Below are positions 57,046 to 64,000 of a DNA stretch of 64,000 nt, one piece after another. The stretch comes from an uncultured Methanosarcinales archaeon (GTDB lineage: Archaea; Nanobdellota; Nanobdellia; Woesearchaeales; JABIAG01), in assembly GCA_964544335.1 (NCBI GenBank), contig CAZJAJ010000003.1, forward strand, positions 11,589 through 75,588, written 5' to 3'. The position numbers and the translations under genes were made by a program. Below the pieces are notes generated by a model that searched no databases, was not told the origin of the DNA, and saw nothing but the letters and a program-made list of their open reading frames with translations. Position 1 is the stretch's first letter; the number at the start of each line of letters is the position of its first letter.

Positions 57046-57845
57046 AGGTTAGTGTTAAAGATCTAAAAGCTGGCGAAAAAGGTAGTGTTGAACTTCCTAT
57101 GCAGTTTAGTGAATCATTTAGACCTGATTTAATCAAACGTGCTGTTCAAGCAATTCAATCACTTGCTCTTACTCCATATGGTGCAGATCCACGTGCAGGT
57201 ATGCGGCAAAGCGGTGAATTATCACGACGACGAAAGAACTATAGAGGTTCATATGGTCATGGTATTTCACGTGTTCCAAGAAAAATCCTAACTCGAAGAG
57301 GTACACGATTTTATTGGATTGGTGCTGTTGCTCCTGGTACTGTTGGTGGTCGAAGAGCTCATGCTCCTAAGGCACAAAAAATTACTGAAAAAGATATTAA
57401 CACAAAGGAAAGAAAGAAAGCAATTCGATGTGCTCTTTCTGCAAGTATGATGAAAGATGTTGTTGCATCACGAGGTCATAAAATTCCTGATACCTATCCT
57501 TTTATCCTATCAAATGATGTAGAACAAGTTGCAAAAGTTAAAGATCTTGAAGTTGCTCTTAAGGCGCTTGGATTTGCTGACGAACTTGAACGGGCTAAGA
57601 AGAAAACTACCAGAGCAGGTAAAGGTACTATGCGTGGTAGAAAATACAAAAGAAAAACTGGTCCATTACTTGTTGTTTCAAAATCATGTCCACTCAGTAA
57701 GATTAAGAGTCTTCCTGGTGTTGATGTCGTTAAGGTGCAAGAACTTAATGCAAGTATCTTGGCTCCTGGTACAGACGCTGGTCGAGTGGTATTATTCAGT
57801 GAAGATGCAATTAAAACGATGAAGGAGGCAAACCTGTTTGTATAA
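57042..57845 (+). CDS. rpl4: 50S ribosomal protein uL4
   Basis: Position after rpl3 and the [10 protein letters not shown]...[21 protein letters not shown] pattern. Confidence 0.9.
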   Translation: MKVSVKDLKAGEKGSVELPMQFSESFRPDLIKRAVQAIQSLALTPYGADPRAGMRQSGELSRRRKNYRGSYGHGISRVPRKILTRRGTRFYWIGAVAPGTVGGRRAHAPKAQKITEKDINTKERKKAIRCALSASMMKDVVASRGHKIPDTYPFILSNDVEQVAKVKDLEVALKALGFADELERAKKKTTRAGKGTMRGRKYKRKTGPLLVVSKSCPLSKIKSLPGVDVVKVQELNASILAPGTDAGRVVLFSEDAIKTMKEANLFV

Positions 57846-58110
57846 GAAAATGGAACCTCGAGAAATCATCAAAAATCCAGTATCAACTGAAAAGGCAATT
57901 AGAATCATGGAAGCTGAGAATAAGCTTCTGTTTGTTGTTGATAAAAACGCAAACAAACCTGCAATTAAACATGCTGTTGAAGTGATGTTTAACGTAAAGG
58001 TTGCTAAGGTGAATACATACATCTCACCAAAAGGCGATAAAAAAGCATATGTTACACTTACTGCAGATTTCCCTGCAATGGATGTAGCAACAAACTTAGG
58101 TATGATATAA
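57838..58110 (+). CDS. rpl23: 50S ribosomal protein uL23
   Basis: [39 protein letters not shown]. Confidence 0.85.
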   Translation: MYKKMEPREIIKNPVSTEKAIRIMEAENKLLFVVDKNANKPAIKHAVEVMFNVKVAKVNTYISPKGDKKAYVTLTADFPAMDVATNLGMI

Positions 58111-58111
58111 A

Positions 58112-58804
58112 ATGGGTAAAAACTTAATACAACAAAGACGTGGAAAGGGTTCTATTTTTACAGGACTAAAACACCAGCAAAAGGGTGCTGCAAAGTTACC
58201 TCGGACTGATGCTGGAAATGGTATTGTAAAGGATATTATAACCAATAAACTACATAGTGCTCCGCTTCTTGTTGTTGATTACAATGGTAAAAAGGAACTT
58301 ATGATCGCTCCTGAAGGCATGACTGTTGGTGATGTGATTACTAACGATGCTGTTGCTGTTGGAAATACCCTTGCATTAAAGGACATTCCTGAAGGTACTC
58401 TTATTCACAATGTTGAAGCTGTCTTTGGAGACGGTGGTAAATTTGTTCGAGGATCAGGTGGTAGTGCTCGTGTTGGTCAGAGATCAGCAAAGGGTGTACA
58501 AATCATCATGCCTTCAAAGAAAATCAAAGTGTTTAATGAAAAATGTAGAGCTACTGTTGGCGTTGTTGCTGGTGGTGGACGACCTGAAAAACCATTTGTG
58601 AAAGCGGGTAATAAGTACAAACACATGAAAGCTAAACACAAACAATATCCAAAGGTATGTGGTATCTCTATGAACGCAGTAGCACACCCATTTGGTTCCA
58701 AATCATCTCACATCAAAGGGCGACCGCTTCAAGTTAATAGGCATGCTCCACCTGGTAGAAAGGTTGGTAAGATCGCTCCAAGAAGAACAGGATACAAACG
58801 ATAA
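58112..58804 (+). CDS. rpl2: 50S ribosomal protein uL2
   Basis: [13 protein letters not shown] ... MNAVAHPFG...GRP. Confidence 0.9.
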   Translation: MGKNLIQQRRGKGSIFTGLKHQQKGAAKLPRTDAGNGIVKDIITNKLHSAPLLVVDYNGKKELMIAPEGMTVGDVITNDAVAVGNTLALKDIPEGTLIHNVEAVFGDGGKFVRGSGGSARVGQRSAKGVQIIMPSKKIKVFNEKCRATVGVVAGGGRPEKPFVKAGNKYKHMKAKHKQYPKVCGISMNAVAHPFGSKSSHIKGRPLQVNRHAPPGRKVGKIAPRRTGYKR

Positions 58805-58806
58805 AG

Positions 58807-59181
58807 ATGGCAAAGAAAATATTCACATACAGGGGAAAAACAATTGAAGAACTTCAAGCACTAAGTGTTGAAGATTTCATGAAGTTACTTCCTTCACGTC
58901 AAAGAAGATCATTTGCACGTGGGTACACTGATGAACAAAAAGTACTTTTGGACAATATTCAGTCAGGTGCTAAAAACATCAAAACACACTGTAGAGAATT
59001 CATTGTACTTCCTTTAATGGTTGGTAGTACTATTGGTATTCACAATGGTAAAGTGTTTGAAAATATCATGATTCAACCAGAAATGGTAGGACACAGACTA
59101 GGAGAGTTTTCTCTTACTAGAAAACGAACAACGCACTCTTCACCTGGTGTTGGTGCAACAAAATCAAGTGGTGGTAAATAG
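58807..59181 (+). CDS. rps19: 30S ribosomal protein uS19
   Basis: [35 protein letters not shown]. Confidence 0.9.
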   Translation: MAKKIFTYRGKTIEELQALSVEDFMKLLPSRQRRSFARGYTDEQKVLLDNIQSGAKNIKTHCREFIVLPLMVGSTIGIHNGKVFENIMIQPEMVGHRLGEFSLTRKRTTHSSPGVGATKSSGGK

Positions 59182-59183
59182 AA

Positions 59184-59591
59184 ATGACACAGGCTGTAGC
59201 TAAAGGACTTGGACTGAGTATCTCAACAAAGGATACTATTGAGATCTCAAATAAGATCAGAGGTCAAAGTACTGTTAAGGCTAAGGCACTACTAGAGCGT
59301 GTTATTTCCATGGATCAACCTATTCGTTACACACGATTTACCAATGGTCTTGGACACCGACGTGGCGATGGTGCTACGGGCAGATGGCCAATTAGTGCTG
59401 CAAAGGCTTTACTTAAAATTGTTAAGACTGCTGAAGCAAATGCTCAGGTAAAGGGCCTTGATGTATCAAAGCTATTTATTGCAAGTATTGTACCTAATAG
59501 AGGTTCACGATCACCGCACCATGGTAGAAAACGTGGTATTCAAAATAAATCCACACACATTACAATTACTGTAGAGGAAAAGAAAGAATGA
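59184..59591 (+). CDS. rpl22: 50S ribosomal protein uL22
   Basis: Position in the operon and the SISTKDTIEISNKIRGQSTVKAKALLERVI pattern. Confidence 0.85.
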   Translation: MTQAVAKGLGLSISTKDTIEISNKIRGQSTVKAKALLERVISMDQPIRYTRFTNGLGHRRGDGATGRWPISAAKALLKIVKTAEANAQVKGLDVSKLFIASIVPNRGSRSPHHGRKRGIQNKSTHITITVEEKKE

Positions 59592-60406
59592 TTGAGAGAA
59601 AATTTGTTTCAGAAAAAGTGAAAGAATTCCAAATTAAAGAATTCGTAGGTTCTGTACTAAGAAATGCAGGACAGTCTGAAGTAAAACTCAAGAAAACTCC
59701 TCTTGGTGAAAAAATCATTATTTCCGCTTCAAAACCTGGCCTTGTGGTTGGACGAAAGGGTGAGAACATCAAAATGCTCACTGCTGAAATGAAAAAGCGA
59801 TTCAAACTTGAAAATCCACAAATTGAGATTGAAGAAATCATGAATCCAAATCTTGATGCGCAAGTTGTTGCTGATAGAGTTGCATCATCACTTGAACGAT
59901 TTGGTGGTGGACGATTCAAAATGATTGGTCATAGAACACTTGGCGATATTATGAATGCTGGTGCTCTTGGTGCTGAAATTACTATCACAGGAAAAATTCC
60001 AAGTTCACGTGCTAAGCGTTGGAGATTTTATCAAGGATACCTTAAAAAATCAGGTCATATTGCACAAGCAGGCGTACTTAAAGCATACGCAGTTGCTGCA
60101 CTCAAGACTGGCATCATTGGTATTCAAGTAAGTATCCTTCCTTCAAGTGTTGTACTTCCTGATAGAGTAGAGCTTGTTAAAGAAGCAGAATCTGTTGTTG
60201 AAGAAAAAGACGCAAGTGAAGAGGAAGTAAAAGAAGAAGTTCAAAAAGCAGAGAAAGAAAAGAAGCCGGTTAAGAAAAAGGCTACTAAAAAATCTGCATC
60301 AAAAGAAAAAGAAGAGGATGTTGCTGAGCAACCAGTTGAAGCACCTGCTAAGACAGAAGAAACAACTGAAGAAGGTAAGGAAGTAGAGGAGAGTAAAGAA
60401 GAATGA
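59588..60406 (+). CDS. rps3: 30S ribosomal protein uS3 with long K/E-rich C-terminal extension
   Basis: KH-type region (LVVGRKGENIKMLTAEMKKRFKL), an S3 C-domain, and a roughly 75-aa tail (EEKDASEEEVKEEVQKAEKEKKPVKKKATKK...). Confidence 0.9.
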   Translation: MIERKFVSEKVKEFQIKEFVGSVLRNAGQSEVKLKKTPLGEKIIISASKPGLVVGRKGENIKMLTAEMKKRFKLENPQIEIEEIMNPNLDAQVVADRVASSLERFGGGRFKMIGHRTLGDIMNAGALGAEITITGKIPSSRAKRWRFYQGYLKKSGHIAQAGVLKAYAVAALKTGIIGIQVSILPSSVVLPDRVELVKEAESVVEEKDASEEEVKEEVQKAEKEKKPVKKKATKKSASKEKEEDVAEQPVEAPAKTEETTEEGKEVEESKEE

Positions 60407-60594
60407 AATTCAAGGATCTTCAGGCACTTACCAAAGAGCAACTTGAAAAAAAAATGGAAGAACTCCAAGTTGAACTCATGAAAGATAGAGCTCAGATGTC
60501 TGCTGGCACACCGCCAAAAAACCCAGGACTAATGAGAGAAAGGAGACGGACTGTTGCAAAGATTAAGTCTTTGCAAGCAAAACAACATGAGTGA
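60403..60594 (+). CDS. rpl29: 50S ribosomal protein uL29
   Basis: LTKEQLEKKMEELQVELMKDRAQMSAG...RRTVAKIKSLQ. Confidence 0.8.
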   Translation: MKFKDLQALTKEQLEKKMEELQVELMKDRAQMSAGTPPKNPGLMRERRRTVAKIKSLQAKQHE

Positions 60595-60910
60595 TATTGA
60601 TCCAATCACTGGCCTTCCAAAAGAACTTTCCGCATGGGAAGATATTGCAAAGGAAGCTCAAAAAATCACGGTTTACAAAACTAGAAAAAAGTTTGGTAAA
60701 CCCTACACAGTCATAGAGGGTATCGATGAAAAAAGCATCGATATCAAGAATGTTGCAAAGCAACTCAAGAACAAATTCGCTTGCGGTGGAACTGCAAAGA
60801 ATGGAATTATTGAATTGCAAGGCAATCATCACGCAAAAGTCAAAGCCGAACTGGTAAAACTTGGTTTTTCACCAGAAAGTATTGATGTACAAGACAAATT
60901 CAGAACATGA
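60587..60910 (+). CDS. translation initiation factor SUI1 (aIF1)
   Basis: SUI1 domain (GKPYTVIEGIDEKSIDIKNVAKQLKNKFACGGTAKNGIIELQGNHHAKV). The start is at the internal Met just after the rpl29 stop. Confidence 0.8.
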   Translation: MSDIDPITGLPKELSAWEDIAKEAQKITVYKTRKKFGKPYTVIEGIDEKSIDIKNVAKQLKNKFACGGTAKNGIIELQGNHHAKVKAELVKLGFSPESIDVQDKFRT

Positions 60911-61350
60911 AAAAGGAAACAAAAATGAGTAAAGAAAAAGTAACGGACAAGGTATTAACCGTAAAGGGTAAGGCTCTTTGTGTAAAAAAGAAGTCTTACG
61001 TAGGTACTGTAGTGTCCACTAAAATGCAACGGACTGTAATCGTTGAGTGGGAACGTAAAGTATTCATCCCTAAGTATGAGCGATACCTAAAACGTAAAAC
61101 ACGTGTAAAGGCACACCAACCAGAAGGAATAGAAATTCAAGAAGGTGATAGAGTGCGTATCTTTGCTTGTAGACCTATTTCAAAGACCGTTAACCATGTA
61201 GTTATGGAAAACCTTGGTCAAGAAAAGAATTACCTGGTAACTAAAGAAGGTAAAGAAGAATCACGATCAGTTCACGAAAAACCTGAAGAGAAAGAAGCTA
61301 CTGAAGATGTAGCAACTAAAACAGAAGAAAGTGAGGATAAAGAAGAATGA
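60907..61350 (+). CDS. rps17: 30S ribosomal protein uS17 with acidic C-terminal extension
   Basis: GTVVSTKMQRTVIVEWERKVFIPKYERYLKRKTRVKAHQPEG...GDRVRIFACRPISKTVNHVV, followed by a tail KEESRSVHEKPEEKEATEDV.... Confidence 0.85.
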   Translation: MKKETKMSKEKVTDKVLTVKGKALCVKKKSYVGTVVSTKMQRTVIVEWERKVFIPKYERYLKRKTRVKAHQPEGIEIQEGDRVRIFACRPISKTVNHVVMENLGQEKNYLVTKEGKEESRSVHEKPEEKEATEDVATKTEESEDKEE

Positions 61351-61748
61351 AAGCACTACGATCTCGAATCACCAAAGGCCTTACTGTAGGTAGCGTACTT
61401 AATCCATGTGACAACTCTGGTGCAAAGGTAGTACGAATTGTTGGTGTTAAACGATCACGAACTGTTAAAGGTCGAGCACCTGCTGCAGGTATTGCAGATC
61501 TTGTGCTTGTGAGTGTTAAGAAAGGACGACCTGATATGAGAAAACAAGTTGTTCCTGCAGTTATTGTTAGACAACGAAAAGAATTCAGACGTGCTGATGG
61601 TACTCGTGTTAAATTTGAAGACAACTCAGTTGTTATCCTCAAAGATGAACAAGGAAATCCTAAAGGTACCCTCTTTAAGGGTGCTATTGCAAAGGAAGTC
61701 ACTGAACGGTGGCCTGCAGTAGCAAAACTTGCGAGGATTGTAGTATGA
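61347..61748 (+). CDS. rpl14: 50S ribosomal protein uL14
   Basis: GSVLNPCDNSGAKVVRIVGV...AAGIADLVLVSVKKG. Confidence 0.9.
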   Translation: MKALRSRITKGLTVGSVLNPCDNSGAKVVRIVGVKRSRTVKGRAPAAGIADLVLVSVKKGRPDMRKQVVPAVIVRQRKEFRRADGTRVKFEDNSVVILKDEQGNPKGTLFKGAIAKEVTERWPAVAKLARIVV

Positions 61749-62149
61749 AATCAGTATTTTCACTTGCATGGCTTTCCAGTAAGAGTCAAAGAAAACAGAG
61801 AAAATTCCGGTACAATGCACCGGCAAATGTGCGACACAACATGCTTGTTGCACCAGTATCAAAAGACCTTGCTAAAAAAGCAGGCGTTAAACGAATCACC
61901 GTTCGAAAGGGCGATACCGTAACAATCACCCGAGGTCAATACAAAAAACAGAGTGGTAAAGTTGCTCGAGTTGACTACGATAGACTAAAAGTCTTTGTAG
62001 AAGGTATTGGTCGAAAAAAAGTAGACGGAAGTATTTCACAATATCCAATCGATCCATCAAATGTACTGGTTACAGAGATGGTTAGTGATAAGAAAAGAAT
62101 CAAAGGAGTAAAGAAAGATGAGTCACCTAAAACGAATAGCAGCGCCTAA
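61745..62149 (+). CDS. rpl24: 50S ribosomal protein uL24
   Basis: SKSQRKQRKFRYNAPANVRHNML and a KOW region (RKGDTVTITRGQYKKQSGKV). The start is at the ATG overlapping the rpl14 stop. The track ORF begins earlier, inside rpl14. Confidence 0.8.
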   Translation: MKSVFSLAWLSSKSQRKQRKFRYNAPANVRHNMLVAPVSKDLAKKAGVKRITVRKGDTVTITRGQYKKQSGKVARVDYDRLKVFVEGIGRKKVDGSISQYPIDPSNVLVTEMVSDKKRIKGVKKDESPKTNSSA

Positions 62150-62801
62150 GAATTGGGAAATTGCGCGAAAGGCAGCTACCTTTTTTGCACGACCAAACCC
62201 TGGTATGCATAGCTACGACTATGGTGTTCCATTGGTTTTCGTTATGCGAGAAAAGCTCCAACTAGGAAAGACTAGAAAAGAAATCAGAGATATCCTCAAC
62301 AAACAAGAAGTACTTGTTGATGGTAAACGACGAAAAGATCACAAATTCAATGTTGGGTTTATGGATGTAGTAACCTTCCCTAAACTTAAGAAATCATACC
62401 GTGTTGTTATTAACGCACGTGGTAAAATTGATGTTATTGAAATTAATGAAAAGGAAGCAAATCAAAAGATTGTTCGTGTAAAGAACAAGACTATGGTAAA
62501 GGGCAAACTACAGCTTAATCTAAGCGATGGACGAAATGTTCTAGCTGAGAAAGGTACATACAAAGTTAATGATTGCCTGGTTATTGAGCTTCCATCACAA
62601 AAGATTTTGAATCACTTTGCTTTTGAAAAAGGCGCAGCTATCCTACTTATTGGTGGTAGACACATGGGTACACAAGCTGTTGTTGAAAGTATTGAAGGCG
62701 ATACACTTGTTATTAGAACAGGTGATAATGAAATGTATGAAACTACAAAGAAAAATGCATACGTAATTGGTAAGGAGAAAGCACATATTCAAGTACAATG
62801 A
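62118..62801 (+). CDS. rps4e: 30S ribosomal protein eS4 (S4e)
   Basis: MSHLKRIAAPKNWEIARK at the N-terminus, followed by KOW-like domains. Confidence 0.9.
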   Translation: MSHLKRIAAPKNWEIARKAATFFARPNPGMHSYDYGVPLVFVMREKLQLGKTRKEIRDILNKQEVLVDGKRRKDHKFNVGFMDVVTFPKLKKSYRVVINARGKIDVIEINEKEANQKIVRVKNKTMVKGKLQLNLSDGRNVLAEKGTYKVNDCLVIELPSQKILNHFAFEKGAAILLIGGRHMGTQAVVESIEGDTLVIRTGDNEMYETTKKNAYVIGKEKAHIQVQ

Positions 62802-63313
62802 ATCCCATGCAAAAACTTAGGATAGAGAAAGTAACACTAAACATTGGTGTTGGTAAGAGTCAAGATAGACTTGACAAGGCAATTGCATTGCTTAAACTAC
62901 TTACTGACAGAGAACCTGTAAAGAATGTTACAAAGAAACGTATTCAAAGCTGGGGAATTCGACCTGGTCTTCCTATTGGCTGTAAAGTTACGCTACGAAA
63001 TGGTGTTGCAAGCCAAGTACTAAAGCGTCTTATTGAGGCAAAAGATAATGTCTTAAAAGATGGTAACTTTGACAAGGGTGGTAATGTATGCTTTGGTCTT
63101 GCAGAATATATTGATATTCCTGGTATGAAGTACAATCCAGATATTGGTAATATGGGTCTTCAAGTGTGTGTTAGTCTAACACGACCTGGTCTTAGAATTA
63201 CTAAACGTAAAATCAAACAAAAGAAACTACCTGAACATCACAAGGTGAGCAGAGACGAAGCTCTTGTATTCATGAAAGAACAATTTGGTGTGAAAGTAGG
63301 AGGAGAAGAATGA
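62798..63313 (+). CDS. rpl5: 50S ribosomal protein uL5
   Basis: LRIEKVTLNIGVGKS...GNMGLQVCVSLTRPG. Confidence 0.9.
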   Translation: MNPMQKLRIEKVTLNIGVGKSQDRLDKAIALLKLLTDREPVKNVTKKRIQSWGIRPGLPIGCKVTLRNGVASQVLKRLIEAKDNVLKDGNFDKGGNVCFGLAEYIDIPGMKYNPDIGNMGLQVCVSLTRPGLRITKRKIKQKKLPEHHKVSRDEALVFMKEQFGVKVGGEE

Positions 63314-63540
63314 GTTCATCCAATCACGAAAAGGTATTCAAACAACTAAAGGTTAAACCTTGGATACTTAAAAAATTCAAAAAACACAATGCACCTAAAG
63401 ATAGGTCATGTGGTATTAACACTAAGAAGTGTACACGATGTGGAAGACGGCGAGCTGTTCTTGGACAGTATGGTCTTAATGTGTGCAGACAGTGTTTTAG
63501 AGAAAATTCAAAGGAGTTTGGTTTTACCCAATATAGTTAA
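63310..63540 (+). CDS. rps14: 30S ribosomal protein uS14 (zinc-binding type)
   Basis: CTRCGRRRAVLGQYGLNVCRQCFRE (a C-x2-C...C-x2-C signature). Confidence 0.85.
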   Translation: MSSSNHEKVFKQLKVKPWILKKFKKHNAPKDRSCGINTKKCTRCGRRRAVLGQYGLNVCRQCFRENSKEFGFTQYS

Positions 63541-63541
63541 A

Positions 63542-63931
63542 ATGTTAAACGATACACTCGCAAATGCTTTATGCATAACCTTGAATGCTGAGAAGGCACG
63601 AAAGAACACAGTAGATATTAGACCTACGTCTAAAATTATTGAACAAGTGCTTAACATTCTCAATGAACGAGGATATGTTGGAAGCAATGAGCGAATTAAA
63701 GAAATTGGTGGAGAAAAGATTGTACTTAATCTTCTTGGTAAGATTAACAAGTGTGGTGCAATTAAGCCACGACTGAGTATTAAATTTGCAGACATTGAGA
63801 AGTTTGAAAAGAGATACCTTCCAGCTTCTGGATTTGGTCTACTAATTATTTCAACGCCGCAAGGCATCATTACAAACGAGGAAGCTCGTAAGAAAAGAAT
63901 TGGAGGAAAGCTCCTAGCATACTGTTACTAA
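63542..63931 (+). CDS. rps8: 30S ribosomal protein uS8
   Basis: MLNDTLANALCITLNAEKARKNTVDIRPTSKIIEQVLNILNERGYVG. The start is at the internal ATG after the rps14 stop. The track ORF starts inside rps14. Confidence 0.85.
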   Translation: MLNDTLANALCITLNAEKARKNTVDIRPTSKIIEQVLNILNERGYVGSNERIKEIGGEKIVLNLLGKINKCGAIKPRLSIKFADIEKFEKRYLPASGFGLLIISTPQGIITNEEARKKRIGGKLLAYCY

Positions 63932-63932
63932 A

Positions 63933-64000
63933 ATGAAAGAGAAAAAAAGTTTGGATAAAGCATTGGAACTTCCAGAAGGAGTAAGTGCAGAAGTTACACC
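63933..64000 (+). CDS. rpl6: 50S ribosomal protein uL6, N-terminal fragment (runs off window end)
   Basis: MKEKKSLDKALELPEGVSAEVT... sits in the expected operon position after rps8. Only 22 codons are visible. Confidence 0.5.
   Translation, partial: MKEKKSLDKALELPEGVSAEVT

Noticed and set aside
63389-63541. N-terminal 51-aa extension of the rps8 ORF in the track (start at 63389)
   Set aside because: It overlaps rps14 in another frame. uS8 homology starts at MLNDTLANAL (63542), right after the rps14 stop.
1-64000. CRISPR arrays or other regularly spaced direct repeats
   Set aside because: No array of 25-40-nt repeats with unique spacers was seen. The only notable short tandem repeats are the CUUCUUCUUAUUUUU units downstream of RNase P RNA.

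Overview
AT-rich (~37% GC) archaeal chromosomal window. The gene content suggests a small-genome, DPANN-like archaeon. It carries topoisomerase VI A and B, gyrase A, a bacterial-type LeuRS, and several ribosomal proteins with K/E-rich C-terminal tails. The window is mostly housekeeping genes, described here in genome order.

Left arm:
- a partial UDP-glucose dehydrogenase gene on the minus strand at the window start
- acetyl-CoA synthetase
- a TrmB regulator, an NFACT-like protein, aMBF1 and a UbiA prenyltransferase
- ABCE1, a LigT-like 2H phosphoesterase, a DsbA-like oxidoreductase and TrmI
- a tRNA island: an intron-containing tRNA-Cys, an antisense LAGLIDADG endonuclease gene and tRNA-Arg
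- a tandem-fused Lrp/AsnC regulator and a TrmB paralog broken at an A8 homopolymer
- top6A/top6B, a KH-domain protein, a RIO kinase and archaeal DnaG

Centre:
- a HerA-like ATPase, TrpRS, a presenilin/SPP-like protease and an MBL-fold hydrolase
- SRP (7S) RNA
- a NUDIX hydrolase and a bacterial-type LeuRS
- the rpoN-S9-L13-L18e-rpoD-S11-S4-S13 cluster
- NAC and a sub-threshold Sec61beta gene
- RNase P RNA with a curious partial tandem duplicate of its 3' end
- a CYTH-domain protein and a THUMP-MTase-like protein with degenerate SAM motifs
- gyrA, a sub-threshold RpoP-like zinc-ribbon gene and scpB

Right arm:
- three tandem translationally coupled paralogous small coiled-coil genes
- tRNA-Leu, RNase J, PCNA, TFE, a TraB-family protein, Hef, HtpX and PriS
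- the L3-L4-L23-L2-S19-L22-S3-L29-SUI1-S17-L14-L24-S4e-L5-S14-S8-L6 ribosomal operon

No CRISPR array and no clear integrated element were seen. The candidates I consider most novel are the RNase P RNA 3'-end duplication, the tRNA-Cys intron with k-turn motifs next to the LAGLIDADG gene, the tandem coiled-coil paralog triplet, and the two small unannotated zinc-ribbon and Sec61beta genes.
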